DNA of 64,000 nt from the human T2T-CHM13v2.0 reference genome, Homo sapiens. The position numbers were made by a program, and so were the translations under genes. Position 1 is the first letter of the stretch. Each line of letters starts with the position of its first letter. Location: the NCBI RefSeq assembly GCF_009914755.1, contig NC_060937.1, one strand, 5' to 3'. The notes under the pieces were generated by a model, which saw only the letters and a program-made list of their open reading frames with translations, searched no databases and was not told the origin of the DNA. Positions 46,798-64,000 of the stretch are shown piece after piece.

Positions 46798-48480
46798 TAA
46801 AGAAGGAATCAATAATAGTAGCTCTTTTAGCCCCAACTGCATGACCATATATTTTTTAGGGGGAGTAAGGTAGGACACATGGGACAAAGGATATAAATTC
46901 AACCTCAGTGATAACCCTAAGGGGGATAACAGAATTAAAGTGTTTGAGATCTACTGGCTTCACATTTCCAAGTCAATATATATTTGCTTATACCATTGTT
47001 AATGTATTTCCCAAATGTTTAATTTTTATCTGTTGTAATTAATTTAATATTATTTTTAAAAAACACCATATCTATGTATTTCCCTGTAAGTCATAGAAAT
47101 ACAAGTGTTGTTTCTATTACTCCTGGCCTTTGTTAAAAGAGTAAGTAAGATCCTACTAAAAGTTGGGTCCAGTCCAGAGCTGTGCCCTGGTAAGGCCATC
47201 TAGCCTAGTTTCTTTATATATAAAGAACAGAGAACCTCATTGCACCAGTTTGAATTGTGCCAGGTCCCAGGTTACCCAAGCTCTCCTTTTTAGTTACTAA
47301 TTTTTTTTCTTATTAAAAATACCAGAAAATCTTTAAGATGTCAGAGTCTACAATGAATAAATTGGTGCCTATTACAGCAGTCACTGATTTACTATGTTTA
47401 CTACCACCATGGCCAATGTCACTCCCAGCACCTCACCAATTTGATAATTTATTATTTGAAAATTTTGTTGAAAGTTATAAAATATCTCCCCTATAAAAAT
47501 GCATGTACACATTTCTGGATTCAATGTAATGCAAATGAATTTCACATTAGATGGAGTGGAAGTAGATTTCATATTAGAACCTGTATTCTATCTACATATT
47601 TCAATTAAAAGTTTTTTAGAAGATAAAAGAAAATAATCTACATTCCAGGTGAAAAACCCTTTCAATATGCCCAATAAGAATTTCTTGCTGCTTTTTCTAA
47701 TTAGAATGGAATTATACCAAATAGCTGAATACAGGAAGAGATCTGATAACATGTTGCTGTAAAGAAGTGATCCAAAAACTTTGAGTTCCACTTGAATAAG
47801 TTCAAGAAGTAGTCTGCAAGAATGATTACACTCTACGAAAGTACCACCTTGTTTATTTCCTATAGCAAATCAGTAATGAGCAATTCTTCAAGCAAGGAAC
47901 CTAACATCTATGCAACACAATATGAATTTCAGTCCTCACAGATACATTACTACTCATGGTTTTCTCTTAATGTATGAATAACAAATACATATTACCCTAT
48001 GAACTTATACGGAATATTTAAGGTTCTTCAGTCATTAATGCCCAAGAAATTCTGCCCCTAGTAGTTCAGCCACTTGTGTTTAACTAGAAAAAATATAATT
48101 AAATTCAAGCTTTCTAATTAAGAGTTATGCAAATTATGTGAACTTAATACTTCTTAAAATTTTTTAAGCTTAAAATTAATTTCCATTGGGCTTTTACTCA
48201 AATTATAATATTTAAAAATGATGAAAGGAAATAGATTTAGTCTTTAGGATCTGTAAAGGTGACACCAAAGCCTACTTTTGATTTTCCCTGATGTCTATCA
48301 ATATGGAAATGGGAAAATAAATGATAGTATATCCTTACCATGGAAATCCATGCAGCTGTTAAACGACATGAGATAAAGACCTGTATGATCTGACACGAAC
48401 AGATAGCCACAATATATTAAGTGAGAGAAAGCAGCCAGGTATAAAACAGTATTGTGGGAACAACAGAACACATGCCTATT

Positions 48481-49251
<771 letters not shown>

Positions 49252-49598
49252 CTAAATTACTTGGATCTAAAAACATCTTGTTTATTCAAGTTTCGTTATA
49301 AATTCCTTTGCTGTGCTATAACAGGCTACGAAATATAGAATATTCATGGGTTGCTAAACAAGTAACCTGTTTACTAATAAGGTTGAGAAAAGGTATAACT
49401 AAGACTACATTTACCTATCCTACCTATCCTATATTTTCTATCTTCAGTGACAAATTTTTCTACTTTGTTTTCCTGTCATTCCATATAAAGAGATCAGGAC
49501 TCTCTTGCTGCCAAAATGTTTTATTACAGCAACTTGGTTTCTTGCCTCTCTGGTACAGCAGTTTATAAGTTTATAACTTTGAATTAAATAAAAGTGCT

Positions 49599-49903
<305 letters not shown>

Positions 49904-50269
49904 AGTGCTTCTGACAGTTTAAAACCCTAAAATACAAAGCAGAACTCTGGTTATATTTCAATAGCATGGATGTGTATATCTCACACATATATATGTACAA
50001 ACTAAAGTCTTGAAGGATATGTACCAAATATAACAGTCCTTATTTCATCTTTAGTTTCTTCATGTATTCCTGCATTTTCTAATTTTCACATTAAGTCTGT
50101 ATTACTTTTAAAATAGAGTAACATTTAATTCAAAGAGTACTCAATCATTTCAGGATATTCCTAATAAACTATTAATATTTTAAAAAGTTAACGCTATCAA
50201 GTACTGTATCGGTATGGGCTTTCAAAGAAATATAAATGATTTTCTTAAGTAGACAAATAAGCATATCAA

Positions 50270-50730
50270 TTGTAATAAATACCGCTCTGGTGGGGGAACG
50301 CTGATAATAGGGGAGGCCGTGCATGCATGGGGGAAAAATGTAAATGGGAAATCTCTGCCACCTTCTCAATTTTGCTGTGAACCTAGAACTGCTCTAAAAA
50401 ATGAAGTTGGCCAGGTGCAGTAGCTCACGGCTGTAATCTCAGCACTTTGGGAGACTGAAGCAGGAGGACAGCTTGAGGCCAGGAGTTTGAGACCAGCCTA
50501 GGCAACAAATTGCGACCCTGTCTCTACAAAAAATTAAAAAAAAAAAAAAAAAAAAAAGCCAGGTGTGGTGGCACATGCCTATAGTACTAGCTACTCTGGA
50601 GGCTGAGGCAGGAGGATTACTTGCACCCAGAGTTCGAGGCTGTGGGGATACAGTGCAATGATCATGCCATTGCACTCCAGCCTGGGTGACAGAATGAGAC
50701 CCCATCTCTAAAAAAAAAAATAAAATAAAC
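50270..50730 (+). mobile_element. L1MC-like 3' end followed by AluJ (50409-50730)
   Basis: aattttgctgtgaacctagaactgctctaaaaaat, then a forward AluJ. Confidence 0.75.
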
Positions 50731-53289
50731 ATAAATCAACAAAGCCTACTTTTTATAGAAAACATTAAGCACAGAAATATAGAAATACAACATTTAAAAA
50801 TAAAGTTATAAGATATTCATGGATCCTTTGAAGACTATTCATTGAACCTAAGACCTTCTGTTCTAGATGTCCTTGTTCTAGATGTTCTAGATAATGTTCA
50901 ATTATCTTTGAACATTCCCAATCTCTTTTTTTCCACTCACAAGCTTAAAAGCTTGTGAGAGGAAAACCAAACCAAACCAAAACAAGACAAAACAAGACAC
51001 ACATACTGTACTCCATAAATTTAACTGGGTTCCTGCCACAAAATTCTCAGCATTTCCTAATTTAAAACTAACACACATCACAGTTGCCAATAAACTGATA
51101 TTACACTTTCATATTTCAAAAATCAATGGTCTAAAGAGTTCATATTTATCTAGATGTTCAGAATGTTGGAAACTCATAGCCTCTAAATATGTTTGAACCA
51201 AATTTAAAAAATATTATTTTAATGTTTATAGGTGGGTATGAATCTTCGGTTTGACACAGACCCTACTACTCCCTCCTTACTCCCCCTGGCCTGCTTCAGA
51301 CACTCAGGAAACTGCCTAGTTCCAGAAAACATTTGAGTTTGTTAACTCACAGTAGAGTTTGAAAGTAGTTTGGAAGTATAAAATGAGAACAAAAAGCAGG
51401 TTAAGATTTTAAAATCTTCTACTCAGAGGAAACCTAATCACCCTTCTGGGTGGGGAAGGGGGAGAAAATGACAACTGCAACAGTAACTGTGTAAATACAT
51501 AAGTCTAAAAATTTATCAAGTCTTATAGCAAAACTGCTTCAAGAAAGAAGCTTATGTCCAAAATTGAAAAGAGCAACAATAAACCCACAGCACTGCACTG
51601 CTGAGTAAAGTAACTCTTGCCTGAAACATCCAGTGCCTGGATCAGTGTTTGGCACATAGTAGTAGGTGCTCAGCCAGTAACTGTTGACTAATATTTCTGT
51701 TTTTTCAGTTTTAAGATGCAACTGAAAGTGCAGACTAGAAAGGTCAGAGCTGATTCAAACCTAGGCTTCAGCATTCTGGCATTGTATTGAATGAGTGGCA
51801 TAGTATGTAGAACAGGAATGGATAATAATTGTTTCTTGGTAGTGCTGTGGTCATGCAGATAGTTCAAATGCGTGAACACCTCAATCTTTAATTTGTTTTG
51901 GGCTCTGGATCTTTACTGTCAGCAACATGCCAGAGTTAACATAAATGCTATCATTTAGTCAGGTATTTTGAAAAGTAAAATTAATTCTAAGTTACCGTAT
52001 TAACGTATACATTTGGGTCTACTTTTCAAACGGACTAGGTTAATAGATATAGACAATTAACAGATTGGTCTTAATTGGGCCTATGCTTATATCTATGAGA
52101 CAAGCTTGCTACTAGACTAGAGCCATGAATCTGCCTCAGTATGCTTGTCAAGTATACCTTAGGACTGTAAGAAAGATGGAGAAAAACACTGGATTCCCAT
52201 AATTTCCTTTAGAAGAAATCTTGAAAGCAATCACGCAGATAACTGGATACCGGGCTGGTTATTAGTTAATTGTTCCTATGCTATAATAAGAATCTTCCAG
52301 GGCTTATTCAGATAAATAATGTTAATTGTAGCTCCTCTCAGTAAATGTATGACAATTTCTATAAATGTGAGCTTGTTCCTTTAAAATATTAAGTACTTAT
52401 TACTTAAATATTTATTAGTGAAAGGCCTTTTTACTTCTTTGAAGCCAAGCTAAGTCTAAGTATAAAATACATTTAAAAACCTCTGCTTGTAGGGTAATGG
52501 GATCCTTGACATATCAATAATGGGTTAAAAATAAGACTTATTTACAGCTTAAAATGTTATATACTTTGTGTACATACCTGTCTAAAAGAAAACTGGTAAT
52601 AAGGACTCTGACTTGGTATGAGAGCTATTATGTAGTAAAGTTCCTAAGAGATGGCATTTAGATCATTCAAATGAATTATATATTTTTTATATTTACTTTT
52701 GAGACAAAACAAATCAGACAAGACTATTAGTGAGGCAGAACTACCATGATGATTTCCTGTAAGGCCAATGGATACAACAAGAACTCTTCAATGCATGTAA
52801 TTTCAAGTTAGAACCATTTTTAGTCAAACTGCCATTTCTATTTGTTAGATAGTATCAATTTGGGGAAATTACATATAGAACTTAGTTTATAAAATAATAT
52901 GTTTTTAGTTGGTCAGGATGGAAAAAAATGACGGGAAAGAAAGAGGGAGGATGGAAGATGGAACTGACTAGAATGGTCTTTGGATATAAAATATAATTAC
53001 AGAGATGGACCATGCCCTTTAAAAAGGCTGTTTTCTACCAAAAGACAAATACGTTGATCAGAAAAAGAATTCCCACTTCTCCTCTGAGAATCTCTTAAGA
53101 ATAAAATGAGTATTGGGATACTCTACTTCACATACCAGTCTTCCTTAGGGAAAACCATCAACAGAAGCACCCTTTGCCTTTCTACTGCTCATTCCTGCCT
53201 TCTTTGCTAAATGGCAACAAGCAGCAGGTAGCCAGTGGGAAAGGTATTAGACCCTTTTTGCAAATCTTTGGAAAAAAAAAAAAACAACT

Positions 53290-54060
<771 letters not shown>

Positions 54061-57000
54061 TTTAAGTGCTCAACTTTTTATAATTTGGTGTTTATGTCGG
54101 TCTCTGGTTATTTTTCTTATTGACATTTGAAAATGAATAGTTTTTAAAAAATAACATCATATTAAAACAGCTACTTGATCTAGAAGATATAAACCTATCA
54201 GTGACTTATTTTAATATGTAAATTTTAAAATAAACATTTTCTAAAGTTATGAATTTATAAAGGGCATATTTTGAATTTTTGCTAACTGTACTGTAAAAGA
54301 AACAAAGAATGAGGAAGCGATATATTCATTTTCCTATGTAAGACTGATTTAAAATAAAAATTATTCAAACAATTGCAGCGCTAAAATATGGTAATTACGT
54401 ATTTCATAAACTTTCTTTTATTCATTTATTCAAACATTTTCTAAAACAGACACTGCTTGGTACCTGGATTGCAAAAGGTTAATATGAAACTCCTTGAGGA
54501 TCTCATAACCTTGAAGCTATGAGAGACATACAAACAGATAACTACAGGAGGGAGGGATAGTTAGGATATGTAATTGTAAGTGCTTGATAAATATTTGCTG
54601 GACGAATTTTAAAAATAATAAAAAGGAAGCAGCAGTGGGTCTGAGATTCCTGAGTAGGGTGTGGAACAGTGAGTTATAAAAAGTAAAAATAATAGCTTGC
54701 CATTTATTGAGTGGTGTAGTATATTTCAGGTACTGCACTTGGTTATTCTACCTAGCCCATCTCTCAAAAAGGTATTACTCTCCCATTCTAGAGTTGTGGG
54801 ACAGAGTTTAGAGACTCTAGTAAGCAGATAAGCTGTGATTTGAGCCCAGGTGCATCTGAGCCCACAGCACCTAGCTACCATATCACTCTACTAAAGACCA
54901 ACTGACTCAGCAACTCTGTACCATGGTCCCTATATGGACCTGCTTATTCTCCAGCATCATCTCCACCACTCTTCTCCTCACTAGGCTCCAACCACAGGGG
55001 TCTTTCAGTCAAAACTGTTAATTTCTTACTTGCCCCAAGGCCTTTACACAGGTTTTTCCTTCTGCCTAGAATGCTTTGCACTCCTCACCCTCTACCCCGA
55101 TTCACACATTCTAGCTTATAGATGTCTGAGAGGGAATGGCATTAAAAAATCCTTTGGCCATCTAATCATCCTGGATGAAATAATGACCCATTTTTTGAAA
55201 AAAAGAGTAGAAAAAGAATTTCAAAATAGAACTGGAGAAGTCAAGAAAGGATTTCTCTCCCCCACTGAAATGGGGCAGCAATCATATTTGCGAAGAAGTA
55301 ATTTAAGCCATCTGTGAAAACAGATTTTAACCTATAATACATCTGAATTCCTAACTATGAATTTACTTGTATTCAGTAGACTAAGGCATGAAGTTGTAAA
55401 CTAGGGTACATTTAGATATGCTAAATGGACGGAAGAAGCTACGGGATCTTTTTCTATATTCTGTTTAGCATTTAGTATGATGTAGATTCTAATATTTATT
55501 AAATGTTAATATCAAATCCTTATAGGTAGAACACTCAGTGAGATTCCTGTTTTTACTTGTGGAAACATTTACCTACCCTATGAGGTAGATAAGAGAGGTC
55601 AGAGTCCTCTAGCTTAAGTTCCCAAATAAAACTTTTATAACATATCATTTACTTGGAATGTGAACTTGCAGAATATTTTGACTCATTTTAAAATGTAGGT
55701 GGAAAACTACATTCCAAAGCAACATTTAATAATTTTTGAATTATAGAAACCATTCAACTACTTATTAGCTAAAATATTTTTGGGGGAACACTCAACATGA
55801 ACAAAAAGCTGTTGGGCTATAGAGATGAATGAACAGGAATAGTTAATTAGCCTCCTTGCTTTCTATGTAAACTGTTTTTTTTTTCTTCATCAGTGAAGAA
55901 ACAAAGAAAACTTTGGGTTCTTATAAATACATTTCAGAATCAAAATATAAAACTCACAATTCATAAAGCATTTAGTGCCCAGCACGTAAGTCCCTAATAG
56001 TTAGATATTATCACAAATTATCATCATTATATCCATCATCAGTTTAGTAAATCACATAACGCTAACTATATAATGCTCTTTCCTTTAGTACTTTAAAATG
56101 TACATTTACTTTCAGTTTGGGAAACTTTGATAAAATTAAAATTCCATGAGAAGACTGACAGTATGTTTTATTGAGAATTCTTGCAAATTATTGTTAAAAT
56201 TACTTTTTTTGCAAGTTCAAAATCCTGTAAGCTTACAGAACATATTGATTCTGAAATTAAATTATGGTATCACTTTAAAACCTGACTGTAGGATATCCCT
56301 TGCATCTAGGATACAAGGTAACAGCTTTAACCGGATTTCAATGTGCAATGGTAGCCCTTTGGTTTTCTATACATACTATTAACTTAAATAACAAATTTGA
56401 ATGAATTCAAAAGTACTTTCTCTAGGGCACTGGATTGATTTCTAGAGAAATCTTTGTTTTGGGGAGTATCTTTAGGTCACATGGCTCATTAAATTAAGAA
56501 CAGCTGTTTAGTACAATTGTTTCTGTCACCCAAATGCTGAAGATACTAAACTAAGAAAGGAGAAAGGGAAATGGTAAAGGCAAAGCACTAGAGAGGACAG
56601 CAGGGAGGGTTAGAGTAGTATATATTCATGATGGAGTTTCATGTATTTCAGGAAGATGACAATTCTATTTCCTCTGTCCACCTCCCATTAGTGACGGCAT
56701 GATGGTGGAAGTTTTTTGGATAAGACAGCCTGAAATTAACCAGTATTTACTGAAGATCAACTAGGCACCCGTTTTCTTTTGAATAGTTCTAGCGCAAGGC
56801 ACATTTCCAGAACCTACTATATAGTACTTTCTCTTCTCTCTAACCATCTAGTTACTCCAATAAATCCAGGTATGATACAGGATAAATCTTTTATGTCTAC
56901 ACTTATTTGTCTTAGCCTTACCATTATTTGAGCCTTCCACAATATCCCCTTTGAGATGTCTGCTCCTTTGTTGTGTCAATTCCCAGATTCCCTCTCTCCT

Positions 57001-57499
57001 ACTTATTCTATGCTATTATCAAATTCTCAGTACTACTTTAAATTCTATGCCTTTCACAATATTCCTCAATCATTCAACACAGAACAATTTTTAAAACTAG
57101 GAGTCTCAGAATTCATCCAGTTCATAGATAAGGAAAAGACAAGGACAGAGATGCCCTGAGAGGCTGGCTAGAACCTGGGTTTTCTTCTTCCTAGGTCAGG
57201 ACTTGTTCCAGCATACTTCGATGCCACCCCAAAACACCCTCTCAAGACTCCTCCTATTTCTTTCTAAATATTTGATTTCTATCTTATTCGAATAGCCTCT
57301 CCAGAAAAGCTTGTTTTCTCTTAGGATTTACACAACTTTTGAGACAAAATACTCCTTAATTAATCTGCTATATACTAACTGAAAACTAATCCTGCATTTC
57401 TCTGACCCATGGAACTTCTAGGGAATATAAGTAGATGCTAAGAAAAAAAGAATTCTTAATTACTGTGAAATAAGTTTGGAAATGGGTTAAAAAATTCAA

Positions 57500-58030
<531 letters not shown>

Positions 58031-59019
58031 TCACAATTTAAAAATATAAAAGAAAATTTCAATTCAAGTAAGTTTCTTCACTGCAAAATTCAGAATCTTT
58101 CATATGCCAAAATCTCTAAGAGGGAGGAGAGCTATACCTGTATTATTAGTGTGTTCAAGATTGTTCTACTTTCAGCTGATTCTTCAAAAGACTGAACACA
58201 CAAATGTGTGTTAAAAAGGCACTAGGCTAGATGCGCCAGAAAATACAGAGATGATCAAACACAGTTGCTAGCTCTACAGTACTCTGGGTTTGCTGTAAGG
58301 CATTCAGCCACCTCAGCAGGCAATGGGGCTAACACAACCAGGTCACTGAAATTCAAGTTTATTTGCTTTTTTTCAAATATGTTGGGCATAATGTATTGAT
58401 GTAGAAACAAAATTTTACTTGTAATGGAAAGTCAGTCAGAAGTCCTATGACATAGCATTGTTACCTTTAAAAATGTTAAAATAGCTGATATTAAAATAAT
58501 CTACTTATTGTTCAGGGGAATGTAAGAATGACTCCCCCTTTTATAGCATAACTATCAATTAAATATTTGTATCACTGTTGCATGAAAGAGCAGAATATAC
58601 CCAGAGATGGTCTTTAATATTAGAATAAAATTCACATAAGATGGACACTGTAAAAACACAGAATTTAAAAAGGTGCATCTTTCCCCATACTTTTAAGAAA
58701 ACATGGGGAAATGGTTTAATGCTTGATGCCATGGCTAGAAAATAAGATCATTTTAATGTATGACTTCTCCCTATGAAAAGGAAACTAATGGTCCTCAGAG
58801 GTATTGTTCTAGATGACTGTTAAAGTTCCTCACTAATATCTGAAAATCATTAAGTAAAAAGAGAACGTTATTTAGGAATATAATAATATACATAGGACAC
58901 ATAAACATTCAATAATGACCAATTCATTCTTATCAGTCACACTTTAGACTTGAATAGAGGTAAAATTACATAAATCCAATGCTCTAATTTCTTTATCACT
59001 AACTCTTTATCTTTCATTC

Positions 59020-59980
59020 CTTTTAAACCTGTGTCTATTGAAGCCATGCTACTGAACTGTGCTCCTAAAGGTTACTTATGACCATCTAATGAAAACATCA
59101 AAAACCTTCTTCTCATTTGTCATCTTCCTTAGTCTCTGTAACATTCCACACAATTTAACTCCTTACTTCTTAAACGTCTTTCCTCATTAGGTTCCTATAA
59201 TTCCCAAAGTTATGTTTTCTGGAACACCAACCCCCAAGAGGTATTCTGGGGAGAAAGGGGTTCTGACGTCAGGTAAATCTACAAAACACTACTTTATATG
59301 TTTCCTTCTTGGAGATGTGTCATGCATGTTAACATATTAAAAGGGCACAGAATTCTTGCAGTGAATGAGTATTTAACTACAGAACCAATTTTCTTTCCCA
59401 TATTACCTGTTACCCACCCCACAGAACTAGTGTTTGGTTAAACATCCTTCGGGAAGACTATTCCTGCTTGTTTAATCCTTTGATCCTCTCTTTCAGTTGG
59501 TTTTTCTTCCTTTTATAATCCAAATATGGGTTTTTCCAAGGTTCCCTCACCAGTCTCTCTCCCAGTCCCTGCTCCATCCTTGAGAGATCTCATTCACTCC
59601 CAAGGCTTCCACTGTCACCCATTTGGAATATTCCCAAACTAATTATCCATGAAGCGCCATTTTCATTTCTCCGTCTGCTAGCTGTCCATTTCTGATCGGG
59701 TAGATAGCTTACTGTCCCCTCAAATTTGATATGTTTAAAACTGAACTTATTTCTTAACAACAGATATCTTTCCTGACTTATTTATTTCTGCTGAATTCTC
59801 CTGGTCTCTCAGTCCTTTAGGCATGAAAGCTCAGTCATCATTTACTCCTGCCCTTTTTTCTCACTTGCCCTTACCCAATTACTAATTCTTTCAAATTCTC
59901 TCTGTCAGTTTCTCAGCCCAATCCATCCTGTACTCTCAAAAACATTCTTAAAAGTTTAAAATTCTGTCAGGTTGTTCTAG
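59020..59980 (+). mobile_element. L2 relic with nested hAT-Charlie (MER33/MER3-like, ~59200-59460)
   Basis: gatctcattcactcccaaggcttccactgtcacc; tttaaaactgaacttat; MER-like cccaaagttatgttttctggaacac. Confidence 0.55.
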
Positions 59981-62482
59981 ACAGCTAACATTTACTAATC
60001 ACTTACAAGTGCTGCACAGTACTTTCTATGAGGTACACAGTTGAACATCATAGGACCCTATAAGACAGGTACTGTTATCTCCGTTTTATAGATGGTAAAC
60101 TGGGACACTAAGGTTAAGTAACTCTTAAGATCAAATATTTACAATCCAAACTCTTCAGTCCAACTACTGCTAATTCCCTATCCAAATTCCTATTTCAGCC
60201 AAAGCAATATATTCATTATAAATCCTATCCTGGCAAGAATCACCAGAATGACTTTCTGATTGTTCTTGTTCGGTTCTGAGGTCACCTTTGAAGCCTAAGT
60301 GACCACTCAAACCTAGACTACTCCTTCCTTCCTCAGAGTTTCCATCCAATCACTGGCATATCCAATCACTGTCACCATAGGGTCCATGCTTGCCTAGGAC
60401 AATTCTGACTCATGTTTGCTGTCTCACTATTACTATGCCCCCTTTCACTCTCAAAAGTACCTCAATTTAGACAATAAATTATAAGGTCATCCTACATATA
60501 TCACATCTGTTATTGTAGCAAGAAACCATTTATATCCATATCCTACCAACTCCCCCAATTAAATCATGGTCCTTGAAGGTAGAAAATCAATCTGAAAACT
60601 TAAACTGGTCTTATTTCTCTTACACCAGGCACATTTATTATGCGTATGTGGCTACAGAACAATTGTGGACATGAGGTTCCATTGGTTGTGTTTTGTTTCT
60701 CGATTAAATCCTGCTTTTAAATCAAAAAAGGAAAAATAATTCAAGTTAATTCATATAGTCAACCTCAGTCACAGTGCTTGAAAAAAGTAGGTATTTAATA
60801 CTTTGAAAGGATGAATGAATAATGTACTAGAGTATGTGTGCCAAACTATAGCCAACATTACTAAAATATTTCAAAGATATACATGTAACTGGACACTTCG
60901 TGTATAACCACCAAGTGGATCTACCAATAATTACCAAGAAAAAATGTTTTCTAATATTTTTTACCGTTATACACAGTTGAGTGATAACAGACTATTTCCC
61001 ACAACTATTTTGGAATACAAGCTCTGGAACAGACCACAGTGATAATAAAAACCAATTTCTCTAAAGAGGGAAAAAAATAAAAATAAATAAATAAATAAAT
61101 CATCCTATTCTTTACAGTATGTTGTCAGTTAACTTATTATTCAAAAGTGATAGCAAGCTCTCCTGTTTAAAAGAATACAGTCTGTCTGTCTATGAAGAAA
61201 ACGATTGTTTCACACTGCCTCTGCTTTGCAGTCCTATTCAGCTCAGACAATTTGCATCAACCTGTGACTAGTGACACTGTCACTTAGTGGTGCCCCAGAA
61301 AGCCATGATCTCACGTGCTCTTAATATTGAAGTTCTTATTTATACATAGATGTCTCTGGAATACTCATGAATTCTTACTTGAATACAATGGTGTTTTATT
61401 AATAGTTATTAATTAAATTTTAAAATGCTAATACATAATTTATCAATTTACTTAGAATTGGTATGACAAATTATTCAGCAGGGCAGCTTTGCATAACAAG
61501 CAGGAAAAACGACAAGCAAAAGTGACAAATACATCCCTGTCACTACATAATATAAAATACAGCACAAAATTCTGCATCTATGCATACTTTCTAAGCTAAG
61601 AATGCTAATTAACATAATCATTAAGTGCTATTTATTAGAGGTAAAGGCATCACACTATGTTTGTTTTAAAAAGCAGAATGCTCATAAACTCATTGTTAGA
61701 GAATATAAATCTAGCAGCATCAAAACACTTCGTATTACAATACAGAAAGCAAAACAAATGGCAGCAGATGGCTTCAAAGAGGGGAAATAAAGAAGAGAAC
61801 TATAGAATAGTAAAGTGCAAATTAAAATTGAAAGGAAAAATTTTAAAAAGAAACAGCTAAGGAAAAGAACAGATAAACTCCTGGGGAAAAGTCAACGACT
61901 AACAGACAGCAGAAATAATATTCATAAATAGGAAAGATTGGTATATGCAGATTAGACAATTATCCAAAGCCATGGACATGAAAAGACCAGAATGCATCAT
62001 TGTTAGAGACACAATTCAAGAACTAATGGATCCCTGGCACTGAGCTAGAAAATATCACATATTTTTTGCAAATTTAGAAACAGGCTCAGAGTTTTTAAAG
62101 AATTATCTAAGGTTATAAAAGACAAGATAGAATTCCAAATAAATTGGTATAGGTATGGCAACCCTTTGACGTGAACTATTTACTTAGCAATGTTCTATTT
62201 ATTTATTTTAGTTTTCTTCTTATTACTTTAATATTCTAAATTTCCTCTTTATAAATTACTCAAATATTCTATTTTTAATCAATGATATAGCCTATACTCA
62301 CTTCTATTATCTACAATTATCTACACCTACAATCCTCAAGAATATGTGAGGGATGCCAGAAGTTGCTACCATATATCAATGATAACTCAGAGTAACTAAC
62401 ACCATAAAACGGATACAAAGTCTGGAAAAGATTTAAATTAGTCTCTGGACCTCTCATTACAAGAACCAATGTGTGTTACTAA

Positions 62483-62816
<334 letters not shown>

Positions 62817-63022
62817 ATTAGATATTATCTTATTTTCAGAATAGTCAAGATGTTAATGTTTGAACACTTACCAATACTGAAGGTATTATCCTTACTTTAT
62901 CTTAAAAGTTTTAGAAAGCATGACTATGCCATAAAAGCTGCTTTCTTAAGGAATAAAATTACTTTCTCACTTTTCTTCAATAGCAATTCAACATTAATAA
63001 GAGGGAATCTTTACTAACACTA

Positions 63023-63046
63023 CACACACACACACACACACACGCA
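63023..63046. repeat. (CA)n microsatellite
   Basis: CA run. Confidence 0.9.
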
Positions 63047-64000
63047 CCCCTACCTATATGCATGTTGACCTTTTCTGACCTACTTTAGTTATGTTTGTTA
63101 GGTGAAAACTAAGTACCCAGGTATAGGTTAACTGAATTTAGAGAATAATAATGATCCTAGAAGTTAGAAGAAGATATAAAGAACATGGCTGGTAGCAGAT
63201 ATGATTTTAAATTGTATTTTAATCACAACTATTTTTATAGAGCTACGCAGTCACCAGGTTTTATTAATTTTTCTTCTGCAGTGTTTATCTTTTATTTTTC
63301 CTCCATTCACCTGTCAGCATCCTAGTTTAGACTCTTATGACTAGGTAAGTAATCTACTAATGGGTCTTCCTGGGCACTGGGTGCCCTTTCTCCGATGTAT
63401 CTTGCTCTAGTTAATCCTGTATATTAATTTATCCATGCAAAATGTATTTATCAGGCACTTATCATATCAATGCTTAAATATTCAAGACCTGCAAAAGCAA
63501 CAGAAATTAGCAGGTACACTTCAATATGTGCTTCTGAAATCATGAAATTGGCTATGCATTTGAGTACATTTTTCTTGCAGCAGGTACAGGGAAGAATTAA
63601 ATGCATGCATAAAGACTATAAAATAACAAAGGCAGAATTCTACTCAAAGAGACTTACAATTATTACAAATTGTAGCCAAAACATTCTTATCTTGACACTC
63701 TTAAATGATAAGACAGCAAACATTCATTTCAAATTCAAGTACTCAGGCTATTCGCTCATGAATGGAGTTAGTGATTTTGATCACATATATTCATACATAA
63801 ACTTTTATGTGCATAAGACCTAATGCCTTCAAGGGATAACTCTACTACTGGATTTAATCTAGCAAATACTAAATAATCTGGAGCCTAACCAATGCTGATT
63901 TATAAACTTTTATGTCCTAAAGGCTTAACTTGTAAATCCATTGTTTGTAACCTGGATTATATTTTCCAAAGGGGAAAAAATGAGCTATATATGGCAGCAA

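Noticed and set aside
50860-50900. Repeated ttctaga resembling a heat-shock element
   Set aside because: Spacing does not fit alternating nGAAn units; it is a simple micro-duplication.

Overview
Primate (human-like) genomic DNA, not microbial. The right half holds the 3' part of UBL3 (ubiquitin-like 3, membrane-anchored ubiquitin-fold protein; human 13q12.3) on the minus strand. It includes coding exons 2-5 (45852-45960, 40815-40901, 36320-36397, 35957-36009), all with GT-AG junctions, encoding INLRLILVSGK...GESNCCVIL* with a C-terminal CAAX box. It also includes a ~2.9 kb AT-rich 3'UTR ending near 33.1 kb and part of the long intron 1 (exon 1 lies beyond 64000). The left ~33 kb is intergenic and packed with about 20 Alus, L1/L2/L3/HAL1 relics, MIRs and solo LTRs. 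None of the ORF-track ORFs is a credible gene; the recognisable ones derive from Alu or L1. I see no convincing new biological system. The most unusual items are a diverged ~155 bp direct duplication of apparently unique DNA that keeps AP-1/Maf motifs, interlocking fold-back palindromes inside a MER4A LTR and an Alu, a tail-less AluY, a divergent LTR8/MER66 pair, inverted Alus next to exon 2, and overlapping miR-181/Pumilio sites in the 3'UTR. Repeat subfamily names come from recalled consensus sequences and boundaries are approximate.
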